Source of the DNA: a virus
Lineage: Duplodnaviria; Caudoviricetes
IMG/VR virus record: IMGVR_UViG_3300048578_000364
Location: 1-32,384 of that record
Reading direction: 5' to 3' (one strand)
DNA: 32,384 bases
The notes under the pieces are model-generated. The model was not told the DNA's origin, did no database searches, and saw nothing but the letters and a program-made list of their open reading frames with translations. Position numbers and translations under genes: made by a program. Position 1 is the stretch's first letter. The number at the start of each line of letters is the position of its first letter. Shown piece after piece: positions 19,284-27,376 of this stretch.

Positions 19284-19696
19284 CAGTAATTCTCCAACTT
19301 TGTTTTATCAAAAACAGGTTTTCTTTCTGAAACTAAAAAGAATCCTGGTCTTGATTCTGCTGTGCCTTCGTTCAATGTAATCATCCCTTTCTGAATCTTT
19401 TCGAGTGTTGCAATTCCATCTTTGTAAAAGTTTTGTATATTGTCGAATACTTTCCCTCTTCGTTTGTAAAGCTCGTATTTCACAATGTCAATGCAAATCT
19501 TTTTGAGTATTGAGTGTTCATTTATAATTGGCAATTCATATCTGCCTCTAAGATAACCGTCAATTATCTGTGTAACGTCCGAAATGTATTTACTTACAAT
19601 TTCATCATTTACAACATTTGGCTCTTCATCGTTGCTTAATTGAGCAACAACTTTTTCAGTTAAATCATCAACTATATCTTGAACTGTGCAATACAT
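19283..19696 (-). CDS. Mu Gp36/J-like (DUF1320) head-tail adaptor
   Basis: MYCTVQDI, IDGYLRGRYELP, ICIDIVKYELY, YKDGIATLEKIQKG. Confidence 0.9.
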   Translation of the reverse strand: MYCTVQDIVDDLTEKVVAQLSNDEEPNVVNDEIVSKYISDVTQIIDGYLRGRYELPIINEHSILKKICIDIVKYELYKRRGKVFDNIQNFYKDGIATLEKIQKGMITLNEGTAESRPGFFLVSERKPVFDKTKLENY

Positions 19697-20742
19697 TACA
19701 ATACCGTTGCCGAAATGATAGCGTTAGGTTCGTGAATTGTCGGTAAACTCTTTTGCTCCACTTTCCAATCCAAAGCAGTCTTATCTTCGTTTGTATTAGT
19801 TTCTACTAAAAATTCATCAGTGAAAACTCTTGTGTTTCCATTGTCAATACGATAAATAGGCCCAAAATGAACTCTAAATCCATTTGATTGACTTGCAATC
19901 ATAATAGCTTTTTTAGGATTAATCATATCTGCTGTTGTATTATCGGGTTTAGTGTATTGCTGGTTGTATTCATATATGTCAATACCCATTATCCTTCCGA
20001 TGAAAAGACCTGATCGTGTTGGACTTTGGTTTAGGTCAATTACACCAACTTTATTGTTATTGGTATCGAGTTCTTTCTTTACTGAATCATTTGATAAAAA
20101 CGCATCAGCTGCCTCACTGCCCAAAATCAAAAGATCGGCATTAAAGCCACATCGTTTCATAATATCACGTTTCCAAGCTCTTAAATTAACCAATGGTTTG
20201 GAATTAGCATCACTCCATTTTGAAGTTGAAGTCAGTGTTTGAAGATGTACGTTATTTTCAAACTCAAATTCGGCAACGAAATCAATATTATCTTGGGAAA
20301 CTGTTAGTTTGCCTGTTGAAAGTGCTTCACAAGCCATTTGTTCACGACGTCGAATTATTCTGTTTTTGAGTTCTTCAAGCTCTTGGAGAATCATTTGGTT
20401 CGGAATTCTGGTTCTCTCTTCAGCATTTGCAACATATAAATTCCCAATTGACCTATAATTTGCTAATTCAAAAGCGGTAAACACTTTTTTCTCAAAGGTT
20501 CTCGGTAAAGTCAAAGTCCTAACTGATTTAGACAATTTCTTTATTAATTGTGCACCTTCGTGTTGGTTTACAAATTGAGCTAATTTGTCAGATCCAATTG
20601 TAATTTCTATATCAATTTTATCTGCAGCGTGAAACTGTTTTGTTTTAAACAAAGTATTTAAAACAAAAGGTTCAATAACTTTTGCACGATTAATTGCATT
20701 AGTCAAACTTCTTGCTTCAAACATATCAATTAAAGCACTCAT
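19696..20742 (-). CDS. Major capsid protein (lambda E-like family)
   Basis: 348 aa; LAQFV, IIRRREQMACEALSTGK, KWSDANSKP, terminal EQKSLPTI...IISATV; follows the decoration gene. Confidence 0.9.
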   Translation of the reverse strand: MSALIDMFEARSLTNAINRAKVIEPFVLNTLFKTKQFHAADKIDIEITIGSDKLAQFVNQHEGAQLIKKLSKSVRTLTLPRTFEKKVFTAFELANYRSIGNLYVANAEERTRIPNQMILQELEELKNRIIRRREQMACEALSTGKLTVSQDNIDFVAEFEFENNVHLQTLTSTSKWSDANSKPLVNLRAWKRDIMKRCGFNADLLILGSEAADAFLSNDSVKKELDTNNNKVGVIDLNQSPTRSGLFIGRIMGIDIYEYNQQYTKPDNTTADMINPKKAIMIASQSNGFRVHFGPIYRIDNGNTRVFTDEFLVETNTNEDKTALDWKVEQKSLPTIHEPNAIISATVL

Positions 20743-21122
20743 TATTTGTCCTCCTTAATCACTATGGAGCCATTGTTATAAACGTCCGGAATAATTTCGT
20801 GTCCGGCACTAAGACCTGATTTTAGAAATTCTCCGTGAAAATACATAAACCCTTTGCCATCAGCGATTGTAGCATCAACATCGCAACCTAATATACCGCA
20901 TATAACTTCAGAGCCATCTGTTGAACCTTCATCCCAAAGGGTATATTTTCCGTTGTTAGGATTCGCTTCTGCATTGATCTGTCCAAGACAAGCACCTCGT
21001 TTAAGGTTTTGACCAGACAGGATGATTATTTCACTTACTTCCATAGTAGGATGTAAGCCCGCAAAAATATCGTTATTCGGCTCAATGTCTACAAGATTTG
21101 TAATTCCAAGATTAATACTCAT
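20742..21122 (-). CDS. Head decoration protein (lambda D-like)
   Basis: 126 aa; SGQNLKRGACLGQI, DGSEVICGILGCDVDAT, YFHGEF. Confidence 0.88.
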   Translation of the reverse strand: MSINLGITNLVDIEPNNDIFAGLHPTMEVSEIIILSGQNLKRGACLGQINAEANPNNGKYTLWDEGSTDGSEVICGILGCDVDATIADGKGFMYFHGEFLKSGLSAGHEIIPDVYNNGSIVIKEDK

Positions 21123-21125
21123 TTC

Positions 21126-21656
21126 TTATCTCCCTTGATAGTATTCTTCAATAAACTTATTTTGACCTTCGAGGTCATTTGAATCACTATAAGCATTTTG
21201 CTTAGCGATTTCATTGAACTCAATTTGCATCGGGAAAGATTCAATAAGTCTTTTTATCAAATCTTCTCCAGACATCTTAACGATGTTCCCATTCTCCGAA
21301 AACTCAAATCCTTTGTTATCTTGGATTGCTTCAAAAGCAAGTTTAACGATTGGTTTTTGTGCCGGAACTAAACGACCTAATTGAGATTTGAAGTAATCGT
21401 TGAACTTCATATCTCGGTTATCTTTTTCGAGAAGTTCAAGTTTCCTTTGCATTTCTTGAAACTCTTTACTTTGCTTAACGTCTGGCTCACTTGCTTCTAA
21501 GGCAGTCTTTGATTCGGTTTTCGATTCAGAATCATTGAGATATTTGTTCTTAATCCTCTCAAGTTCTTCTGCGGTCTGATTAGCAATTTCTTCGTTGAAT
21601 GTAGAACGAAGCCACCCCAACAATTCCTGAAATAGCTTTGAATATTTATCGGGCAT
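21126..21656 (-). CDS. Nested in-frame scaffold protein (Mu Z-like), 176 aa
   Basis: Internal AAGGAGG-CAAT-ATG (MPDKYSKLF...) followed by a helical/coiled-coil region. Confidence 0.65.
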   Translation of the reverse strand: MPDKYSKLFQELLGWLRSTFNEEIANQTAEELERIKNKYLNDSESKTESKTALEASEPDVKQSKEFQEMQRKLELLEKDNRDMKFNDYFKSQLGRLVPAQKPIVKLAFEAIQDNKGFEFSENGNIVKMSGEDLIKRLIESFPMQIEFNEIAKQNAYSDSNDLEGQNKFIEEYYQGR

Positions 21657-22331
21657 ATTGCCTCCTTGAAAATTGATTGATTTTTGATTGGGTGAAAAAG
21701 GTTTTTCCTGTCCTTCAAAATTGCTAAATTTTGAGGGAGAAGAATATTTATTCTTTTCTTTAATTTCCTTTAATTTAATTTGTTGGATTTTGTTACCACT
21801 TTGCTCAACATCTGTTGAACAAGTGTTGAACATCTGTTCCTTTGTGTTCAAATTTCGCTGGTTGTTTGTTCCAGCATTCTTGTCATTCTGTTTCGTTTCT
21901 GTTGTAATTGTGTTGCCTTTTAGTTCTCCAAAGCAGATAAATGATTCACTTCCATTAAATTCACTGTCTTTCAAACCTTTTACTGCTGGTGGAATTGCAC
22001 CAAGAAAACCAATATGTCTTAGCATCATATCAGGATAAAGAGCAATAGATACTTTTTTGTATCTGCCTTCTTTGATAAGTTGCTCGAATTCAGGGTCAAT
22101 CTGTGTAAACTTTGCAAGTAATGTTTCACCATCTTTCTTGAGAGATTCAACCCAAGCGTATGCTGGCGAATTGTTCACAGGATGCCCGATTACAACTGGT
22201 GCTTCATGCTTATCGTCAGGCATTTGATTGTTATACTTTGATATGATTGCATCTATATCTTCGGAACTCCATTCACGCTCGTTTCCGTTTGCATCTGTAT
22301 GCTTTCCTGCTTTGAATACTTCTTTCCACAT
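21126..22331 (-). CDS. Mu gpI-like prohead protease with C-terminal scaffold
   Basis: EVFKAGKHTD, APVVIGHP, PAYAWVESL, GRYKKVSIALY, LRHIGFLGAIPPAVKGL. ATG 22331 is preferred; TTG 22346 is the alternative. Confidence 0.92.
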   Translation of the reverse strand: MWKEVFKAGKHTDANGNEREWSSEDIDAIISKYNNQMPDDKHEAPVVIGHPVNNSPAYAWVESLKKDGETLLAKFTQIDPEFEQLIKEGRYKKVSIALYPDMMLRHIGFLGAIPPAVKGLKDSEFNGSESFICFGELKGNTITTETKQNDKNAGTNNQRNLNTKEQMFNTCSTDVEQSGNKIQQIKLKEIKEKNKYSSPSKFSNFEGQEKPFSPNQKSINFQGGNMPDKYSKLFQELLGWLRSTFNEEIANQTAEELERIKNKYLNDSESKTESKTALEASEPDVKQSKEFQEMQRKLELLEKDNRDMKFNDYFKSQLGRLVPAQKPIVKLAFEAIQDNKGFEFSENGNIVKMSGEDLIKRLIESFPMQIEFNEIAKQNAYSDSNDLEGQNKFIEEYYQGR

Positions 22332-22395
22332 AATACTTGATTTCAAAAATTTTACACTACAACAACCGCAAAACTATTTAAATTCTTTGCAAGCC

Positions 22396-22495
22396 AAAAA
22401 GCACTCGGTGTATGTAAAGAATACTTGTAACGAGTACAAGTAAATTTGCAAGTATTGAGTGTGGGTACTCGGTGCATTTACCGTTGCAGAATAAT
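22396..22495. repeat. Degenerate 12-13-bp tandem array in the divergent late promoter region
   Basis: AAAAAGCACTCGG / TGTATGTAAAGAA / TACTTGTAACGAG / TACAAGTAAATT / TGCAAGTATTGAG / TGTGGGTACTCGG / TGCATTTACCGT / TGCAGAATAAT. Confidence 0.75.
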
Positions 22496-22596
22496 TCCGT
22501 TGTTTTGTGATGTTGAATTTTGACTTTTTTCAAAATTTGATACAGATTTAATGCTGAAATAGAACTTTTACATAACTTTTTTAGGATTGAAATGAA

Positions 22597-23304
22597 ATGA
22601 GCAAAGAAACACCAAAACTCATTTACAACAGATTGAGCAAGGTTTATGATGAATGTTATAACGAACCTATTCACGCAATCGAAAACGACTTTGTTTTCAA
22701 ATACTTACTTGATAACGGTTTTCTTGAAGGTAAGGTTCTTGATGTAGGTAGCGGTACAGGCATAGTATTGGAGAATATTGATTTATCACCTGAAAACTAT
22801 TTCGGATTAGACATCTCCGAAAGTATGCTTGATATTAGTAAGAGTAAGTTTCCTAAACATTTTTTCTTCAAGGGTAATATGTCAAATATGCCTTTTGAAG
22901 ATAATAGTTTTGATTCGGTTATCTCGCTTTTCGGTAGCTTTTCTTATTCACTTAACCACTCAAAGACAGTTCAAGAAATTGAAAGAGTACTAAAGCCAAA
23001 CGGTAAGTTTTTTGTAATGATCTATGGACGTAAATATTCTTCAAGAGAAAGTTATATCTTAAACAAATTCCATATTACTTCACCAGCAACATTCTTTAAC
23101 CATAAAGAAATTAAATCCATATTTTCACGATTTAACAAAAAGAAGATCTTTGGCATTACTTGGTTTAGTGACTCCTTATCAAAATATATAAGTCCAAGAT
23201 TTATTAAGTTCATCTTTAATCTTGAGCACAAATTGTTTTCTTATTTATTTCCAGATAGGTTTTATTTCTTCATTATTGAAGGAAAGAAAAATGAAAAAAG
23301 ATAA
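22597..23304 (+). CDS. Class I SAM-dependent methyltransferase (Methyltransf_11/25-like)
   Basis: VLDVGSGTG, GLDISESML, MPFEDNSFDSVIS, RVLKPNGKF. Confidence 0.9.
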   Translation: MSKETPKLIYNRLSKVYDECYNEPIHAIENDFVFKYLLDNGFLEGKVLDVGSGTGIVLENIDLSPENYFGLDISESMLDISKSKFPKHFFFKGNMSNMPFEDNSFDSVISLFGSFSYSLNHSKTVQEIERVLKPNGKFFVMIYGRKYSSRESYILNKFHITSPATFFNHKEIKSIFSRFNKKKIFGITWFSDSLSKYISPRFIKFIFNLEHKLFSYLFPDRFYFFIIEGKKNEKR

Positions 23305-23325
23305 CATTATATTTTTTCCCCTAAG

Positions 23326-23350
23326 AAAAAACTCCGCCCAGAGGGCGGAG
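23326..23350 (-). terminator. Intrinsic terminator for a minus-strand transcript
   Basis: Minus strand CTCCGCCC-TCT-GGGCGGAG-TTTTTT. Confidence 0.8.
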
Positions 23351-23359
23351 AATGAATTA

Positions 23360-23482
23360 TTACAAATTCATAAGCAGTTTACTCAGACTTTTCGCATAAT
23401 ACTTAAAGTCTACTTTTATGGAAAATTTGAATTTTCCATAAATAACCTTAAACTTAATCATTTGACTATATTTATTTTTCAT
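23360..23482 (-). CDS. Small basic/hydrophobic 40-aa peptide, candidate type I toxin-like mini-gene
   Basis: MKNKYSQMIKFKVIYGKFKFSIKVDFKYYAKSLSKLLMNL; double TAA, terminator directly downstream, start codon partly inside a hairpin. Confidence 0.5.
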   Translation of the reverse strand: MKNKYSQMIKFKVIYGKFKFSIKVDFKYYAKSLSKLLMNL

Positions 23483-23570
23483 CAGTGCCACATGGGTTCA
23501 CTGATCACTCACACATTGTATGAGCAATTTAAGAGACGATTTTTTGGAATAAATATTTATAAAGGAAATT

Positions 23571-24716
23571 ATGCCAAGACATTATAACATAGAAAACGTA
23601 TTTGACGCAGCACTTGACAGAATGATAAAACTATATGAGGATGGACATAGAGTAATCGTTTCATTTTCAGCAGGAAAGGATTCAGGTATCTGTCTTGAGC
23701 TTTGCATCATAGCAGCTACTATGACTGGAAGGCTTCCAGTAGAAGTCATTATGCGTGATGAAGAAATTATGTACCCTGGTACTTTTGAGTATGCAGAAAG
23801 AGTTGCTATGCGTCCAGAAGTTAAATTTTATTGGATTTATGCCAATCAACCAGTTGTCAATATCTTTAATCGTCAAAATCCTTATTTCTGGGTTTTTGAC
23901 TCTGCACTTCCAGAAGATAAGTGGGTACGTACTCCACCAGACTTTGCTAAAAAAATTCATGAGCAGAATATACAAGGTCTTATTAGCGAAGAAAAGTTTC
24001 CACCTGCAAAGGGTAAAAATCTTTATGCTGTCTTGGGTTTACGAACTGATGAATCAATGTTACGTAAAATGGGTTTAATGTCAAGTAAGGGTTATCTAAC
24101 TAAAGGAAAAAATAGTTACGGAACTTACTATGCAAGACCTATTTATGACTGGTCAGACGGAGATGTATGGAAAGCTGTCAAAGACAATAATTGGGATTAT
24201 AACAAAGCTTATGACACAATGCATAGGTTAGGAATCAGTAGGCACAAACTTCGCATTGCTCCTCCTACTTTATCACCAGCTGCAATTGACGGATTAATGG
24301 TTGCTTCTAAGGCTTGGCCTCAATGGTTTGACAAGGTTTGCGAGAGGTTGCCCGGAGTGAGAACTGCGGCTATGTTTGGTCGTAGGTCAGTCGAGCCAAT
24401 AAGAAAGCTTGGAGAAACTTGGAAAGAATGTTTTTACAGAACTTGTATAAGTGATGCTCCTGATTGGATTGCACAGCGTTCTCAAAAAGTTGTCAATTAT
24501 GTAATTCGTAATCATTCACGGCATTCAACAGAAGAATTTCCTGAAGTAACTAAATGTCCAAAATGCCAGATGCTTTCATCTTGGAGAAACCTATCCAAAA
24601 TTATGTATATGGGAGAACCTTTCTCAATGAAAGTTAAAGTTGATGTGCTTCCTTATGTAGAACCTGAATTTTTCCGAGAAGGAGCAGGAACTTGGGGAGG
24701 AAAGCCCACTTGGTAA
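23571..24716 (+). CDS. PAPS-reductase-family PP-loop protein (YbdN/IbrA, DUF3440-like)
   Basis: NVFDAALDR, VSFSAGKDS (PP-loop), LGLRTDES, RPIYDWSDGDVW, YNKAYDTM, C-terminal CPKC; AAGGA RBS. Confidence 0.9.
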   Translation: MPRHYNIENVFDAALDRMIKLYEDGHRVIVSFSAGKDSGICLELCIIAATMTGRLPVEVIMRDEEIMYPGTFEYAERVAMRPEVKFYWIYANQPVVNIFNRQNPYFWVFDSALPEDKWVRTPPDFAKKIHEQNIQGLISEEKFPPAKGKNLYAVLGLRTDESMLRKMGLMSSKGYLTKGKNSYGTYYARPIYDWSDGDVWKAVKDNNWDYNKAYDTMHRLGISRHKLRIAPPTLSPAAIDGLMVASKAWPQWFDKVCERLPGVRTAAMFGRRSVEPIRKLGETWKECFYRTCISDAPDWIAQRSQKVVNYVIRNHSRHSTEEFPEVTKCPKCQMLSSWRNLSKIMYMGEPFSMKVKVDVLPYVEPEFFREGAGTWGGKPTW

Positions 24717-24766
24717 AAAATATTATTATATTACAATGTTTGATAATGTGTAACGTCTTGAAATAT

Positions 24767-25054
24767 ATGGATTTAAACAGTTTCATAGAATTTATTCAAA
24801 GCCAGAATTGGATATTTGCCAAAACCTATTCTGAAAAAGCTCCACACGAGTATTGCTTAAAAAAGAACTCTCAAAACATTGATGAGTTCAATGATGCAGT
24901 AATGTTTATCAGAAACAATGGAGTTAAAGAGTTTTTCTATAAGAAAGCATTCATATATTTCTATCATGACGGTTACAAATACTGGACAATGGGCGCTCCG
25001 GTACATCAAACAATTTTGATTAACCGAACAAATGATTTTAAGAAATATGAATGA
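24767..25054 (+). CDS. Small aromatic-rich conserved hypothetical protein
   Basis: 95 aa from ATG 24767; WIFAKTY...PHEY...FIRNNG...GYKYWTMGAP...LINR pattern looks like a conserved folded domain. Confidence 0.75.
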   Translation: MDLNSFIEFIQSQNWIFAKTYSEKAPHEYCLKKNSQNIDEFNDAVMFIRNNGVKEFFYKKAFIYFYHDGYKYWTMGAPVHQTILINRTNDFKKYE

Positions 25055-25062
25055 CTTGATTT

Positions 25063-25752
25063 ATGAAAACTTTTGAAGATGGGAAGTGGCTTTACGGCGA
25101 CTCCTGGGAAAAATTTCCCATTGAAGATGGTCAAGTATGGCGTGTTGGAAAAAACACTCTGGCGGTCAAGGATTTGACTGAATTGAACTCTTTAGAGTTC
25201 TTTGGTCAGAATGCTTTTGATATGTCTTACATTGATCCACCCTGGAACACAGGTAATATTAATTCTTTCTATACTAAAGCAGGGTTTCAAGATAAAAAGG
25301 AATTTAACTCTTTTATTGAGAAACTAATGCTATTAGTCAAAACCTATTCTCCAAAAATCAATTATGTTGAAATGGGAAGTCAGAATCTTGACTATGTCAA
25401 AGATTTGATTACTCAGTTAAATGGTATTGTTACTAATACTTGGAAAATCAAATATTATCACAAAAATCCTTGTTTTTTAATAAGATATTCATTTGATTCT
25501 CCCTCGAAAATTGATTTTGATTTTACAGGTATTGATGATGATTTCACACCACGCTTTGCTATGCAATATGAAAAGAACATCAATACAGTTTTGGACTTGT
25601 GTACGGGAAGAGGTTTGACAGGAAGAACAGCTCACAGTCTTGGCAAGACTTTCTATGGAACTGAACTTAACAAGAGAAGACTTGCCTGCTTAATTGATTA
25701 TTATCACCAACAAGGTTTAATTATTAACAAATCCGCACAACGGGATTATTAA
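25063..25752 (+). CDS. Beta-class amino (N6A/N4C) DNA methyltransferase-like protein
   Basis: Motif IV YIDPPW precedes motif I VLDLCTGRGLTG and FYGTELN; only 229 aa, so little room for a target-recognition domain. Confidence 0.8.
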   Translation: MKTFEDGKWLYGDSWEKFPIEDGQVWRVGKNTLAVKDLTELNSLEFFGQNAFDMSYIDPPWNTGNINSFYTKAGFQDKKEFNSFIEKLMLLVKTYSPKINYVEMGSQNLDYVKDLITQLNGIVTNTWKIKYYHKNPCFLIRYSFDSPSKIDFDFTGIDDDFTPRFAMQYEKNINTVLDLCTGRGLTGRTAHSLGKTFYGTELNKRRLACLIDYYHQQGLIINKSAQRDY

Positions 25753-25805
25753 TTAAATTTTCTTTTAGAACTAACTGTTTTTTTATTTAATATTGAGGTT
25801 ATAAT

Positions 25806-26675
25806 ATGGAAGGCTATAACACAACGCCAGAAGCCACACAAAAGGCTGTAACAGAAAAAATCATTAAGAAAGGCAAGAAGGAAATTGACAAGAAGAATGT
25901 TTCCTTAAAAGAACTTGCTATTGAATATGTTTCGGTGGATTCTATCAAACCGAACAATTATAATCCAAATCGTCAAAGTGAACACGATTTTGAGCTTCTT
26001 CTTAAATCAATGGAAGAAGATGGTTTTACACAACCGATTATTGTTCAACAGTCAACCAAAATGATTGTTGACGGCGAACACAGATGGAGAGCCGCTACTG
26101 TACTTGGATATACTGAAATTCCAGTTGTTTTTGTCGAGATGACACCTGAACAGATGAGAATTGCAACGTTAAGGCATAATCGTGCAAGAGGTAGCGAGGA
26201 TTTGGAATTATCAGTTCAAGTATTGAGGGACTTACAAGAACTTGGTGCTTTGGATTGGGCACAAGATTCTCTTATGCTCTCCGATGATGAAATCAATAGA
26301 TTGCTTGATGACATACCAGTACCAGAAGCACTTGCAAACGATGATTATTCTCAATCTTGGGAACCGTCCGAACTCTCCGATGAAGACAACCAAATTACTG
26401 ATACAAGTTCAAGGCAAGTTGATGGCACTACTCACGGTGGAGAGATGATAACTGCCGCATCTTCAAAAGCTGTTGAAACTATTAAAGAAAGACAGGCTTT
26501 AATTCAGGTTGCTAAGAATGAAGAAGAAAGAGAAATGGCAAGACAGCAAACAAAACTATATCGTGTAAGTTTGATATTTGCCAATGAAGAAGCAGAAATC
26601 ATTGAAAAAGTACTTGGAAAAGAGCCAGCGTTAAAATTACTTGAATTATGTAAAAAGGAATTTAATAACGAATAA
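25806..26675 (+). CDS. ParB/Sulfiredoxin N-terminal domain protein (YbdM/IbrB-like)
   Basis: IKPNNYNPN, DGFTQPIIV, IVDGEHRW, ATLRHNRARG; GAGGT RBS; TAATG-coupled to the terminase small subunit. Confidence 0.9.
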   Translation: MEGYNTTPEATQKAVTEKIIKKGKKEIDKKNVSLKELAIEYVSVDSIKPNNYNPNRQSEHDFELLLKSMEEDGFTQPIIVQQSTKMIVDGEHRWRAATVLGYTEIPVVFVEMTPEQMRIATLRHNRARGSEDLELSVQVLRDLQELGALDWAQDSLMLSDDEINRLLDDIPVPEALANDDYSQSWEPSELSDEDNQITDTSSRQVDGTTHGGEMITAASSKAVETIKERQALIQVAKNEEEREMARQQTKLYRVSLIFANEEAEIIEKVLGKEPALKLLELCKKEFNNE

Positions 26676-27376
26676 TGTCAGGTAGTTGGGAACATATACC
26701 TTGGGAAAGAATGCCCGGAGAAACTGATAAAGCGTTCAAGGCTTTCTGTACCTATCGTGATCTTAGGCAAAACCGAAGTTTTAGTGCACTATTAGATAAA
26801 CTTGGCAAGAAAAGTAAAACACAGTTTGCGGTCTGGTCAAGAAAGAATAATTGGCAAGCAAGGGTTAGTGCTTTTGATGATGATGAAGACAGAAAGAACC
26901 GAATGCGACAGCAAGAGAGCATTCAAAAGATGAATGAAAGACAAGCAGGGCAGGCAGAGACTTTTCAAAGAATTGTCTTTTTGCCTGTTACTGCCTTTTC
27001 CGAAAGACTTAAAAAAGATAAAGATAACAAAACACCAGCAATTGAAGATTTGAATAAACTTTCAACTGTAGAATTAATAGAACTGATTATTCAAGTAAGT
27101 AAATCCTTTGGTAATTTGGTCAATATTGAGAGGATTGCTCGCGGTGTTCCAACTGAAATCGGTCGTAATGAAAACACCATTGTATTTGACAACAAAAAAG
27201 ATAAGTTTGGAGAATTAGTAGCAAATGACGAAAAAGCAACAAACGCTCTTCTTGAATTCCTCGATGCCGTGGGAAATACTCAAAACAGCAAGCCCGGCGA
27301 CAATGGCGATGCACATAACGAAGGGTCGTTACCAGATAGCTCCACACATCAACATCCTGAACAAGAAACTTCTTGA
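26675..27376 (+). CDS. Terminase small subunit (putative)
   Basis: WERMPGETDKAFKAFCTYRDL...RS...WSRKNNWQARVSAFD, IERIARG; directly upstream of the large subunit. Confidence 0.8.
   Translation: MSGSWEHIPWERMPGETDKAFKAFCTYRDLRQNRSFSALLDKLGKKSKTQFAVWSRKNNWQARVSAFDDDEDRKNRMRQQESIQKMNERQAGQAETFQRIVFLPVTAFSERLKKDKDNKTPAIEDLNKLSTVELIELIIQVSKSFGNLVNIERIARGVPTEIGRNENTIVFDNKKDKFGELVANDEKATNALLEFLDAVGNTQNSKPGDNGDAHNEGSLPDSSTHQHPEQETS

Noticed and set aside
22396-22495. CRISPR array or iteron origin interpretation of the 13-bp repeats
   Set aside because: Units are adjacent with no spacers, short and degenerate; there is no cas or rep gene in the window.
22228-22674. ORFs 22228-22443 (+) and 22378-22674 (-)
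   Set aside because: They cross the divergent promoter/repeat region and overlap well-supported genes on the opposite strand.
23222-23587. Plus-strand 121-aa ORF (or 98 aa from ATG 23291)
   Set aside because: It runs through a minus-strand terminator and several hairpins and has no recognisable motif. It is not fully excluded, because it overlaps both neighbours as a coupled gene would.
23571-24716. Sulfate-assimilation cysH or a complete Dnd/Ssp system
   Set aside because: Length and motifs fit YbdN/IbrA rather than CysH (no terminal ECGLH); no dndA/B/D/E or sspA/B/C/E partners are present.
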